This document shows, one piece after another, positions 29,521-38,587 of a DNA stretch of 64,000 nucleotides. The position numbers and the translations under genes were made by a program. The notes beneath the pieces are model-generated. The model saw only the letters and a program-made list of their open reading frames with translations. It was not told the origin of the DNA and did no database searches. The stretch is from contig JBDHWW010000010.1 of assembly GCA_039810425.1 (NCBI GenBank), forward strand, positions 16,575 to 80,574. The letters are read 5' to 3'. Numbering within the stretch: the stretch's first letter is position 1; each line of letters opens with the position of its first letter. The stretch comes from Pseudobdellovibrionaceae bacterium (lineage in GTDB: Bacteria; Bdellovibrionota; Bdellovibrionia; Bdellovibrionales; Bdellovibrionaceae).

Positions 29521-31193
29521 TACTCTCCCCCTTCCACTGGCGTGATACAGATGACGAAGTACGAAATCGCACCGTTCTCGACACCCATTGCGTGACAATG
29601 AATCTGGCAGTTATGACCACTAAATTCGAGCTGGTCGCTTTGGATAGAACCTGGCGCCAGACGCGATTTCTCTATCAAGTGCTGCATATTTTGTTGCAAA
29701 GCCAAGTCTGGAATTGCCGCAACCATCTGATTTACCAACTGCGAAGACGAGGCATGCGCTAGCTGTTCAAAGTTCGCGTTCACAGAGACAATACGGCCTT
29801 CACCCGTCACTGCGACTGTTGGATAACCCATCAACTGAACCAGGTTTTCCGCTTCGGAATCACGGCTAACCAGATTGACTTGGCCCCCGGCCTCGTCGCC
29901 ACCATGCAAGTAGCGAGTCAAAAGGCTGTTAATGTTCGCAATCAGGTTTTGCAGTACCGGGAACTGGAATTCCACGTCAGCGGCATCCTTCTTCTCGCGC
30001 ATGGCGATGTCGAGCTGCCTGTTGAGGCTCACGATCGGAAACTCAATCAGTTTATACATAAAGAAGAAGAGTAAGACGCCCACCAAACAAGCTAAGATCA
30101 GAGTTTGGAAGAACAAACTCAACACATGACCATCGTCGAACGCCAGGCTTCCGATGTCATATAGAACAATCGCATGAGCTTTCACCGAGGGTTCGCCGGT
30201 ATTTGGATCGTACTGCCCGATTGGGAAACTCGCGCCAATCGTTTGACTGTCGACTTGCTCCACCTGAGTCTTCATTTCACGACGAGCCACATGGACAAAC
30301 GGAATATCCGGTGTCACACCTGCGCGGCTTGCCGGCGCAAGAATCATCCCGTCCGACTGCTGCACAATCATCACTTGCTTCACGCCGTCTTCTGTTTCAG
30401 CGGAATGGGTGCTCAAAGCTGAAATATTGCCTTGCAAAAGTATTTGCTGATTCGCCATCGCCACGTTTCTGGCAATGGACTGAGCCCGGCGCTTACTTTC
30501 GGCCAAGATGCTGGATCTGGTAATCTGCACCATCGGAATCATCGATAGCAATGTCACTGCAAAGATAAATGCGCCGACGAAACCGCCGAGCACGTATTTA
30601 AACTCCACCAATTGCGGCAGCTTATAGATGCCCGGAAGGGCCACACGTTCCATATAGTCTTGCGCTTGGAATAAAAGATTCTGAGCAAAACCCTGAGGTG
30701 GCTCCACGCCTGGCATTTCGGCGGGTTCCGGCATTCCTTCGGGGAGAACGCCCATCATTTGCGGTGCTTGCTGCGTATAAGGCTGTTGATAACCTTGGGG
30801 ATAATAGCTCGGAGCCGCATTGCCGCCATTTACTGGAACCGGCATCCCTTGTGGGTTTCCGGCGGCATGTGCTGTTGCGCCTGCTTGTGAACCCGGGCGA
30901 ATATCCGGCGCGGGAATAATATCAAAGATCACGTCGTGCACGCTGACCTTGTCACCCAAACGGATGAGACCGTTCTGCGCCCGGACACCATTGATGTAGG
31001 TTCCATTGCTCGATTTCAAGTCCGTGACAATGATCTTGTCTTTATAGACATGAATTTCAGTGTGCTCTTTCGAAACGCCATTGCTGGAGATCCTCACATC
31101 GCAATGCGGAGCGCGGCCGACGAGATTTCGACCTAACTTTAAGTCATATATTTGACCCGCAAGCGGGCCTGTTAAGACCCTAATCGCCCACAT
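29520..31193 (-). CDS. FHA-domain membrane protein with periplasmic and PAS-like domains
   Basis: VGR...VSKEH...DLKSSNGT; two TM helices; GRIVSVNANFEQL PAS-like segment. Confidence 0.85.
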   Translation of the reverse strand: MWAIRVLTGPLAGQIYDLKLGRNLVGRAPHCDVRISSNGVSKEHTEIHVYKDKIIVTDLKSSNGTYINGVRAQNGLIRLGDKVSVHDVIFDIIPAPDIRPGSQAGATAHAAGNPQGMPVPVNGGNAAPSYYPQGYQQPYTQQAPQMMGVLPEGMPEPAEMPGVEPPQGFAQNLLFQAQDYMERVALPGIYKLPQLVEFKYVLGGFVGAFIFAVTLLSMIPMVQITRSSILAESKRRAQSIARNVAMANQQILLQGNISALSTHSAETEDGVKQVMIVQQSDGMILAPASRAGVTPDIPFVHVARREMKTQVEQVDSQTIGASFPIGQYDPNTGEPSVKAHAIVLYDIGSLAFDDGHVLSLFFQTLILACLVGVLLFFFMYKLIEFPIVSLNRQLDIAMREKKDAADVEFQFPVLQNLIANINSLLTRYLHGGDEAGGQVNLVSRDSEAENLVQLMGYPTVAVTGEGRIVSVNANFEQLAHASSSQLVNQMVAAIPDLALQQNMQHLIEKSRLAPGSIQSDQLEFSGHNCQIHCHAMGVENGAISYFVICITPVEGGE

Positions 31194-31527
31194 GAAGCTC
31201 TTCTCCCACTTGAATGCCAAGTTCTTGAACGCGTCCCGCCGGAAACTCAATCACTGAGCTAGCGCCCCACACCGGCCATATAATGCGGAAAGGTTTTACC
31301 GACGGGTAAATCGCTTTCACACGTTTCTGTTTGTCCAAGAACACACAATCAATCGTAAATTTCATAAAATAGGTGTGGATGGAGTTGCAACGCCGAATCC
31401 ACAGAGCTTGCTCTGTGCCCAACGACTTACGGCCAAGAAGTCCCTTGCCGCGAGCCCATTCGGTCGCAGCGACGTCCAAATCCGCTATAAGTTGTAGGTT
31501 ACGCGTCTTACTTACTAACACGGCCAT
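31180..31527 (-). CDS. DUF192 family protein
   Basis: RGKGLLGR, SIHTYFMKFTIDCVFLD, VIEFPAG. Confidence 0.9.
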   Translation of the reverse strand: MAVLVSKTRNLQLIADLDVAATEWARGKGLLGRKSLGTEQALWIRRCNSIHTYFMKFTIDCVFLDKQKRVKAIYPSVKPFRIIWPVWGASSVIEFPAGRVQELGIQVGEELHVGD

Positions 31528-31530
31528 CCT

Positions 31531-32442
31531 CTACTTCCCGCCACCGTGAATGAAGCTCACGGCAACCGGCCCAAAAACCATGATAAATACCGCCGGCAAA
31601 ATAAATAACATCAACGGAATCAGAATCGCTTGAGAAGCCTTTGCACCGGCTTTCTCGGCTCTCACAAAACGTTCTAGGCGCATTTGAACTGATTGATCTT
31701 TCAAAACACGCGAAATGCTCGCGCCACTGGCCTCGGCGTCAATCAACACCGCAACGAAGCTTGTGATCTCAGAAATATCCAAACGCTCTGACATGTCCTT
31801 CAAGGCTTGGGTTTTTGAGGCGCCGATCTTCACGTCTTTAAGCACTGTTGCCAACTCATCCGCCAGGACACTGTCTGTGCCTTTGGCCTTGTCGACGATC
31901 TTTTGGATCGCCGCAAAAAAATCAAGACCTGCTTCCACAGACAACGCGAGGAGGTCGATGAAGAACGGTAAATCACCGCGAACTGAAACCTCACGACGCT
32001 TCTTTTCCGCAGATGCATGCATCTGCGGGAACACGAATCCCCCTAAACCCATCGCGATCAAAAGAGGCATTGGCAAATCCAGTGCCAATGCAAAGTTCAT
32101 CACAGCCAAGAACACCGGGAACATGAGCCCCCAAAGGATTTGCAAACCGATGAACTCATCTTCGTTCAACTCCGATGATAAGCCGGAGGTCAGAATATAT
32201 TTGCGGACGCGCTTACGATAACTCGCACTCTTTATTCGGAGCGCATGTTGCAGTGTGAATTGGTGAACAAGTGGCCGAGAGAAATTTATAATCGGCGATT
32301 TCGAAGTGCTAGGTTCACTGTTATTTGCCCAAGAGAGTTGCTGCGTGTCTTGATTGCTTGAAAACAAAGCAGAAATAAAGAGGTAGATACTGAGTCCTCC
32401 CAACACGAAGCCTGCAATGAGCATTAAATCTGCGCTTCCCAT
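31531..32442 (-). CDS. tadC: Type II secretion system F family protein (TadC-like)
   Basis: DLLALSVEAGL, RAEKAGAKAS..ILIPL..FILPA. Confidence 0.88.
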   Translation of the reverse strand: MGSADLMLIAGFVLGGLSIYLFISALFSSNQDTQQLSWANNSEPSTSKSPIINFSRPLVHQFTLQHALRIKSASYRKRVRKYILTSGLSSELNEDEFIGLQILWGLMFPVFLAVMNFALALDLPMPLLIAMGLGGFVFPQMHASAEKKRREVSVRGDLPFFIDLLALSVEAGLDFFAAIQKIVDKAKGTDSVLADELATVLKDVKIGASKTQALKDMSERLDISEITSFVAVLIDAEASGASISRVLKDQSVQMRLERFVRAEKAGAKASQAILIPLMLFILPAVFIMVFGPVAVSFIHGGGK

Positions 32443-32470
32443 TTATCTCTCTTTGTGTTCAAGTTATGTT

Positions 32471-33073
32471 ATGTACCAATTAATTTTGGCATCTGAGTCT
32501 CCACGCCGCCGACAACTTCTCCAAACCGCAGGTTTTGTCTTTGACGTACACCCAGTTAAAGTATCGGAAACACCTGATAAAAACCTGAATATTGATGAGC
32601 AGATTTTAGACATAGCTGGACGTAAGGCTATGGCGGCATTTTCCGAGATAAAATCTGCGTCCCATAAGAACTTCCTGCTGCTGGCAGCGGACACAATGGT
32701 AGTTTACCACAATCAGGTCCTCGGAAAACCTCGCAATCAGGACGAAGCGTACGATTTTTTAAAACTTTTGTCTGGAAAAACCCACGAAGTGAAAACAGCT
32801 TTGGTCCTTGTCGAAAGTCTGGGCGGCCAACAGGTGTCTCATATTGAGACTTCCCGAGTGATGTTTCGTGATTTGCATGATGATGAAATCTGGACCTACA
32901 TCCAGTCTGGTGAACCCATGGATAAAGCCGGTGCGTACGCAATTCAAGGTCTGGGACGCAAGTTTGTGAAAGAGTTTGTCGGCGATTATGACAATGTCGT
33001 CGGACTTCCCGTCAAAGCTTTCGAAAATATGTTGGTGAAAATGAAGTGGTCCGTCGAAAGAGTGGAAAAATGA
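32471..33073 (+). CDS. maf: Maf family nucleoside triphosphate pyrophosphatase
   Basis: LILASESPRR, ADT.V, DKAGAYAIQG, VVGLP. Confidence 0.95.
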   Translation: MYQLILASESPRRRQLLQTAGFVFDVHPVKVSETPDKNLNIDEQILDIAGRKAMAAFSEIKSASHKNFLLLAADTMVVYHNQVLGKPRNQDEAYDFLKLLSGKTHEVKTALVLVESLGGQQVSHIETSRVMFRDLHDDEIWTYIQSGEPMDKAGAYAIQGLGRKFVKEFVGDYDNVVGLPVKAFENMLVKMKWSVERVEK

Positions 33074-33756
33074 GCCTCGAAGCCGTCCAACAAGAATGCA
33101 ATGACCTTCTGAAAAAACTTCACCGCACACGTGAGAGTTTAAAAATTCTCGCGGTGTCCAAATTACAGACCGTGGAAAAAATGCGCCGTTTGTATTCTGC
33201 CGGGCACACAATGTTTGCCGAAAACTACGTGCAGGAGGCTCTTCTTAAGCAAGACACCCTGAAAGATCTCGATATCGAGTGGCACTTCATCGGCAGTTTG
33301 CAAAAAAACAAAGTAAAACAAGTGGTCGGAAACTTCGCGCTCATTCATTCCGTAGATTCGTTTGAACTGGCCCGCGCGATTTCGAGCCACGCTGAAAAAA
33401 TCAAAACGACTCAGAAAATTCTTCTCCAGGTCAACCTCGCACAAGAAGTCACCAAAGGCGGCTACAGCCGCGAAGCCCTGATGGTTCAATGGTCAGAAGT
33501 CTCTTCTTTTCCCGGGTTGGAAATAACCGGATTAATGACCATGCCTCCTCTAACAGATGATCCCGAGGACGTTCGGCCTTATTTTCGGGAGCTAAGGGAC
33601 CTACAAATACAATTGCAACAGAATGGCGCGGGCAGACATCAACTGCACGAGCTATCCATGGGAACTAGCCACGACTATCATGTGGCTATAGAGGAAGGAG
33701 CTACCATTGTTAGACTGGGGACGATACTCTTCGGAGAGAGGCCAAGGAAGAACTAA
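33070..33756 (+). CDS. yggS: PLP homeostasis protein
   Basis: LAVSK, ENYVQE, WHFIG.LQKNK, LSMGTS.DY. Confidence 0.95.
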   Translation: MSLEAVQQECNDLLKKLHRTRESLKILAVSKLQTVEKMRRLYSAGHTMFAENYVQEALLKQDTLKDLDIEWHFIGSLQKNKVKQVVGNFALIHSVDSFELARAISSHAEKIKTTQKILLQVNLAQEVTKGGYSREALMVQWSEVSSFPGLEITGLMTMPPLTDDPEDVRPYFRELRDLQIQLQQNGAGRHQLHELSMGTSHDYHVAIEEGATIVRLGTILFGERPRKN

Positions 33757-33766
33757 AGGACCAACA

Positions 33767-34597
33767 ATGAATCAACTCTTAAAGCGCCAGAAGATCGGCT
33801 TCCTCGGAGCCGGCAACATGGCCCAAGCGATCATGAAGGGTATGCTCGAAAGCGGTGTCGCCACCGCGGATCAAGTTCTGGCTTCGAACCGCACGCCTGG
33901 AAAATTGCAAAAGCTTGCGGACCAATACAAGATCCAAGTTATCGATAATAACGAGTCTCTCGTTGAAAACTCTGACATCGTCATTTTGGCCGTAAAGCCA
34001 CAGGACTTACTCACGGCGATTGAACCGATCGCGAGTTCATTCAATGACGATCAGATCGTCATCAGCCTCGCGGCCGGCATCAAGATGGAAACTCTTGAAA
34101 AATATCTCCCAAATGCGCGCTTGGTGCGCATGATGCCGAATACCCCGTCCATTATCGGCCGTGGCGTGATCGGTTATCTTCTCAATGAATCCGACAATGC
34201 ACTCGAAGCCATGATGGAAGATATGTGCTCGCCGCTCGGTTATACCCTCAAAGTTGAAGATGAAGACCAATTCGAAGCCCTCATGGTGTCTTGCTCGTCA
34301 GGAACAGGGTTTGTTCTGGAGATGATGATGTACTGGCAGGATTGGATCGTTGAGCACGGGTTTGATGAAGAAACGGCTAAACGTATGACACTTGAGACCT
34401 TTATGGGAGCGTCCATGCTCGCCGCTCAATCCAAAGATGTTCCTTTTGAAGAGCTGCAAGCCCGCGTCACTTCTAAAAAAGGTGTGACGGCAGCTGGACT
34501 TCAGTCCATGAGAGAGCTCGAAATTGAACGTGCTTTGCGTATCAGCTTCGAAAAAGCGGCGATGCGAAGTAAAGAAATCTCTCGCGAAATTAAGTAA
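33767..34597 (+). CDS. proC: Pyrroline-5-carboxylate reductase
   Basis: GFLGAGNM, AVKPQ, RMMPNTP, VTSKKGVT. Confidence 0.93.
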   Translation: MNQLLKRQKIGFLGAGNMAQAIMKGMLESGVATADQVLASNRTPGKLQKLADQYKIQVIDNNESLVENSDIVILAVKPQDLLTAIEPIASSFNDDQIVISLAAGIKMETLEKYLPNARLVRMMPNTPSIIGRGVIGYLLNESDNALEAMMEDMCSPLGYTLKVEDEDQFEALMVSCSSGTGFVLEMMMYWQDWIVEHGFDEETAKRMTLETFMGASMLAAQSKDVPFEELQARVTSKKGVTAAGLQSMRELEIERALRISFEKAAMRSKEISREIK

Positions 34598-34672
34598 CAG
34601 GCTTTATCCTAAAAAGGAGATTTCAATACCGTTTGGTATACTTTCGATTACTAATTTTTGGGGGAACTCAGG

Positions 34673-35203
34673 ATGAAAATTACTCCTATCGATATCGTTC
34701 ATAAATCTTTCAACAAAAAAATGATGGGTATTGATGCCGATGAAGTGAACGATTTCATGGCGCAAGTCGCTGCACAAATGGAAGCTTTGATTCAAGAACG
34801 CAATTCTTTGAAAGAAACTCTTCGCGAAAAAGAACTCAGCCTTTTGGAGTACAAAGAGCGCGACCAGGTTTTGAAAAACACGATCGCAACAGCAACACAA
34901 ATGACAGAGCGTCTGCGCCAGGATTCTGAGCGCGAGGCGAAACTGATCATTGCGGATGCCAATCAAAAAGCCGAGATCATCATGCGCGACTCTCGTGATT
35001 CGTTGAAGAAAATGTATCAAGAAATCACTGAGCTGAAGCGTGCCCGTATGCAATTCGAAGCCAACTTGAAGGCCCTTGTCCAAGCGCACTTGACTCTCTT
35101 GGATCAAGGCGAGAAGTACATGCCGCAAATGCAGCTGCCAAATATGAACATGGCACCAACGGGCGATAAATCGACCGAGATTTCCCCGCTTTCCGCTCGC
35201 TAA
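34673..35203 (+). CDS. divIVA: DivIVA domain protein
   Basis: MKITPIDIVHKSF...G.DADEV..F followed by coiled coil. Confidence 0.92.
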   Translation: MKITPIDIVHKSFNKKMMGIDADEVNDFMAQVAAQMEALIQERNSLKETLREKELSLLEYKERDQVLKNTIATATQMTERLRQDSEREAKLIIADANQKAEIIMRDSRDSLKKMYQEITELKRARMQFEANLKALVQAHLTLLDQGEKYMPQMQLPNMNMAPTGDKSTEISPLSAR

Positions 35204-35496
35204 TGATCACAAAGTCTGACAGAGGCGTGAGACTCACCCTCTTCATTCAGCCGAAAGCTTCAAAAAACGAAATCATAGGGCCCCACAATGGGGCCCTTAA
35301 AGTTAAGGTCACAGCTCCTCCCGTCGACGGCAAAGCCAACGCGGAACTCGTTGAGTTTCTGTCAGACATTCTCGAAATTCCCAAACGCCAAATTGAAATT
35401 CTAAAGGGCGAAACCGGCCGCAACAAGTCCGTTGAAATCACCGGGCTCTCCGTCGAGGAAATCTCCGCCAAGCTGGCATTGAAGCAATCTCGCTAG
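35203..35496 (+). CDS. yggU: DUF167 (YggU) family protein
   Basis: LKVKVTAPPVDGKAN, G.TGRNK. Confidence 0.92.
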   Translation: MITKSDRGVRLTLFIQPKASKNEIIGPHNGALKVKVTAPPVDGKANAELVEFLSDILEIPKRQIEILKGETGRNKSVEITGLSVEEISAKLALKQSR

Positions 35497-35790
35497 CTGA
35501 AGGTATATCTAGCACTGCAAGCCTCGGAAGACCCTTCAGTTTCGCAGCCGTCATAGTAAGAATAATAAATACGGTTTAGGCCGGTTGTGATCTTATATTA
35601 AGGTGAGGACTATAAAGGTTTAGACAAATAAATTTTCCCTGTTGAACTTTTGGACAGAACCCAATCCCTCCAACTCACCAAATAGACTTCCTTCGCCCTA
35701 GCAACACATACGCGCCGTGGGCTCTCCTAATCCTTTTATTTCGACATCAATACTGGAAAAGTTGTGTTCATTCCTGGCAATTTTGAAAAG
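35494..35790 (-). pseudogene. Possible decayed gene remnant
   Basis: Minus strand gives protein-like fragments broken by stops and a frameshift (LFKIARNEHNFSSIDVEIKG...; KITTGLNRIYYSYYDGC...YTFS*). Confidence 0.25.
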
Positions 35791-35793
35791 TCA

Positions 35794-36957
35794 TTAACTC
35801 GTCGGTTTTTTCTTACGTTTTCTTTTCAGTTTCAACTGAACCTCTCCGCCATCGCCGGCTTCGATCTGCGCTGGCGTCGGTTGTGGGCCGGCCTTTTTCA
35901 TCGCGACATTATCAGCCGCGGGAGTCATATCTCCGCCCGGGCGAGGAGCGGGTGCCCCCGGAGTGATGCCCTTTTTCTGGAAGAGTTTCTGGTTCACGCC
36001 GTCATCAGTCTCCTCTTTAAACTTCGGAACTTTTCTTTCGGAACTCAGGCCATCTTCTTGCGTGGAAACACCCGGCTTCATGTAGTAACTTGGCTCGCTA
36101 TCCCAAGAGTACTTGATCGTCGCGCCCGCATGAAATCCCGCCGCTGTGTTTGAACCGGTGATTGTCGTACCACCACCCACCGTCAGTGCCCATGCGTTAT
36201 CGAACTTAAACCGCACCCACGCTTCAGAATCGACGACGGACGGATTCACAGAATAGAAATACAAACTGGAAGCATTCACACGATCCGTAACGATGGTTCT
36301 TTGGATTTTATTTTTGGTATCCGGATCGTCGGTCACGCTTTGATAACCAAAAACTTTTCCTCCCCAAGCCCACTTAGCATAATTGGCTTCAACACCTATG
36401 CCCCACGGGACCAAAGAGGACCGCGCCTGACGATAGGTCACTCCGGCGTAACCCAGAGCTGAAAAAGTCGTAAAGTCCTTTTGCGCGCGCAGTAAACCCG
36501 TCGCCTCAATCACGCCCTCGGAGTTAATCGCGGTGTCGGTATTCTGGTCAGTTTTTTGGAAAGGAATGAGGACATTGAAGTCGGTAACGAGATCAAAGGC
36601 CTCATTGTACGGCCGATAGGCATAGCCTAAGTACGCCCCGGTCACCGACGAATTCGAACGAGCGGTCGTCAGGCCGTTACTTGTCGCATTGGCTAAATCC
36701 AGGCTACCGTAGAAAGAGCTATTTTTACTGAAATCGTAGCTGGATTTCAGGTAAAAATTGAAAATCTCGAAAGATTGCCCGTAAAGCAGCTTTTGGTAAG
36801 AGCCGCCCCCATCCGTGTAATTTGCGTCCGTTTTGAAATACTGTGTCTCGGCCTCAAACTCGTACATTCCCTTGCGAAAACGTTGGTAATCGTCAAAGGC
36901 CGCCCAGGAGGTTTCCGCGGTGAGTACTAGCAGACATAACATCATTGCAATTTTCAT
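35794..36957 (-). CDS. Putative outer-membrane beta-barrel protein with basic C-terminal tail
   Basis: Signal peptide, aromatic alternating strands, tail KLKRKRKKK. Confidence 0.7.
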   Translation of the reverse strand: MKIAMMLCLLVLTAETSWAAFDDYQRFRKGMYEFEAETQYFKTDANYTDGGGSYQKLLYGQSFEIFNFYLKSSYDFSKNSSFYGSLDLANATSNGLTTARSNSSVTGAYLGYAYRPYNEAFDLVTDFNVLIPFQKTDQNTDTAINSEGVIEATGLLRAQKDFTTFSALGYAGVTYRQARSSLVPWGIGVEANYAKWAWGGKVFGYQSVTDDPDTKNKIQRTIVTDRVNASSLYFYSVNPSVVDSEAWVRFKFDNAWALTVGGGTTITGSNTAAGFHAGATIKYSWDSEPSYYMKPGVSTQEDGLSSERKVPKFKEETDDGVNQKLFQKKGITPGAPAPRPGGDMTPAADNVAMKKAGPQPTPAQIEAGDGGEVQLKLKRKRKKKPTS

Positions 36958-36998
36958 AACTCTCCCATATTAACAGGAATAGAAACGAGGTAAAGCAC

Positions 36999-38243
36999 TT
37001 GTCCACGCCCCCCAATAAATCCCTACTCGGTATCATATTTTTCACCGTTTTCATCTACCTCGTCGGCTTTGGAATATTAATTCCAATCATCCCCATCCTT
37101 AGTCGTGAATTTGGCGCGACCGCGCTGCAGACTGGCCTTCTCATGTCGGTTTACTCGTTTATGCAGTTTATCTTTGCGCCCTTCTGGGGAAAGCTCAGCG
37201 ACCGTTTGGGCCGACGTCCAATTTTACTTTTCTGTCTCGCGGGGGAGGCCTTCTCTTACGTCGTATTTGCTTGGGCACGAAATTTAGAGTGGCTCTTCGT
37301 GGCCCGCATTCTTGCTGGCTTTTTCGGAGCGAGTATTTCCACGGCCTCTGCCTATATTTCCGACATCACGCCACCGAATGAGCGCTCTAAGGGCATGGCT
37401 TTGATTGGCGCCGCGTTTGGTCTGGGCTTTGTGGTCGGTCCGGCACTCGGCGGTGGTTTAGCCATTTGGGGCCAGCACATTGTGGAAGCTTACGAATTGC
37501 AAACAAATGTTCACCAATTCCAGATGAGCTTCTGCGCTTTGTGGGTCGGCGCACTCTGTCTCGGAAATTTTCTTTTTGGCTTGAAGTTCCTCAAAGAGTC
37601 GCTGACTGAGAAAAACAAAAATATCCACAACAAGAAGCGCTTTCAATTGCTCGCCCATTACCTCGGACAAAAAACCATGGGCGCAATGTTGTCAGTCTAC
37701 TTCCTTTCATCTCTGGCGATGTCAGGCATGGAAGCAACATTGATTTTATTCATGGGTGAAAAGTTCGGCTGGGAACTCAAGCAAGTCAGCTTCGGCTTTG
37801 CCTATATCGGCGTGATCACCGTGTTCTGCCAGGGCTTCCTCGTACGCCGCTTGATTCCGGTTCTGGGAGAGCGCAAAACTCTGCGCATCGGCCTGACCAG
37901 TTTCGCCATCGGCCTTACCGGAATCGCCTTTGCGCCAACCATTCCGTGGATGGGCGTGACCATGACTTTCTTAGCCATCGGCACAAGCTTCACAAATCCT
38001 TCCGCGTTGGGAAGTATCAGCTTGCTCGCTGGCGCCGCTGAACAAGGCGTTACCATGGGGGTGGCACAGAGCTTGGCCTCTTTGGGGCGTATCTTGGGCC
38101 CGGCTCTCGGCGGCCTCATCTATGAGAAGATTTCAATCTCTTCACCGTTTATCATTTCAGGATTCATGGCACTGGCGGGCCTCGTGACGGTCCTATTGAT
38201 TTCAAAACACCTGCCTGATTCAGGCAAAAAGGCAGCGACGTAA
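36999..38243 (+). CDS. MFS transporter, TetA/DHA1-like
   Basis: GKLSDRLGRRP motif A, GFVVGPALGG motif C, about 12 TM. Confidence 0.93.
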   Translation: MSTPPNKSLLGIIFFTVFIYLVGFGILIPIIPILSREFGATALQTGLLMSVYSFMQFIFAPFWGKLSDRLGRRPILLFCLAGEAFSYVVFAWARNLEWLFVARILAGFFGASISTASAYISDITPPNERSKGMALIGAAFGLGFVVGPALGGGLAIWGQHIVEAYELQTNVHQFQMSFCALWVGALCLGNFLFGLKFLKESLTEKNKNIHNKKRFQLLAHYLGQKTMGAMLSVYFLSSLAMSGMEATLILFMGEKFGWELKQVSFGFAYIGVITVFCQGFLVRRLIPVLGERKTLRIGLTSFAIGLTGIAFAPTIPWMGVTMTFLAIGTSFTNPSALGSISLLAGAAEQGVTMGVAQSLASLGRILGPALGGLIYEKISISSPFIISGFMALAGLVTVLLISKHLPDSGKKAAT

Positions 38244-38587
38244 TGGCTCAATCGATTGGTTTTTTCCAGTTTGACAATCTCGTCCGGGGACGTGTGGGAT
38301 TTGTATTTGTGAATCTCGGCATCGATACCAATCCCGTTTATCCACACGTTTTTAAAATGCACTTGGAACAAAAGCTTTTACAATTACCTAAAGGCGACTT
38401 AGCCAACGCCAGCGACGAGCAGATCCTTTCCGCAATGAATGAACAGCCGAAAGAATCCGCTGTGATTGTGTTAGATCAAAATGGCGCACGCGCGGAATCG
38501 CTCGCCAAAGCCCTCGAGGCCGCGGGATTTATTAACACCTTTTACCTTAAAGGCGGCTGGAACCAGTTCCTGAAAGACCGCGCTTAG
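38243..38587 (+). CDS. Rhodanese-like domain protein
   Basis: VIVLDQNGARA...L...GF.NTFYLKGGW; Asp in place of the catalytic Cys. Confidence 0.75.
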   Translation: MAQSIGFFQFDNLVRGRVGFVFVNLGIDTNPVYPHVFKMHLEQKLLQLPKGDLANASDEQILSAMNEQPKESAVIVLDQNGARAESLAKALEAAGFINTFYLKGGWNQFLKDRA

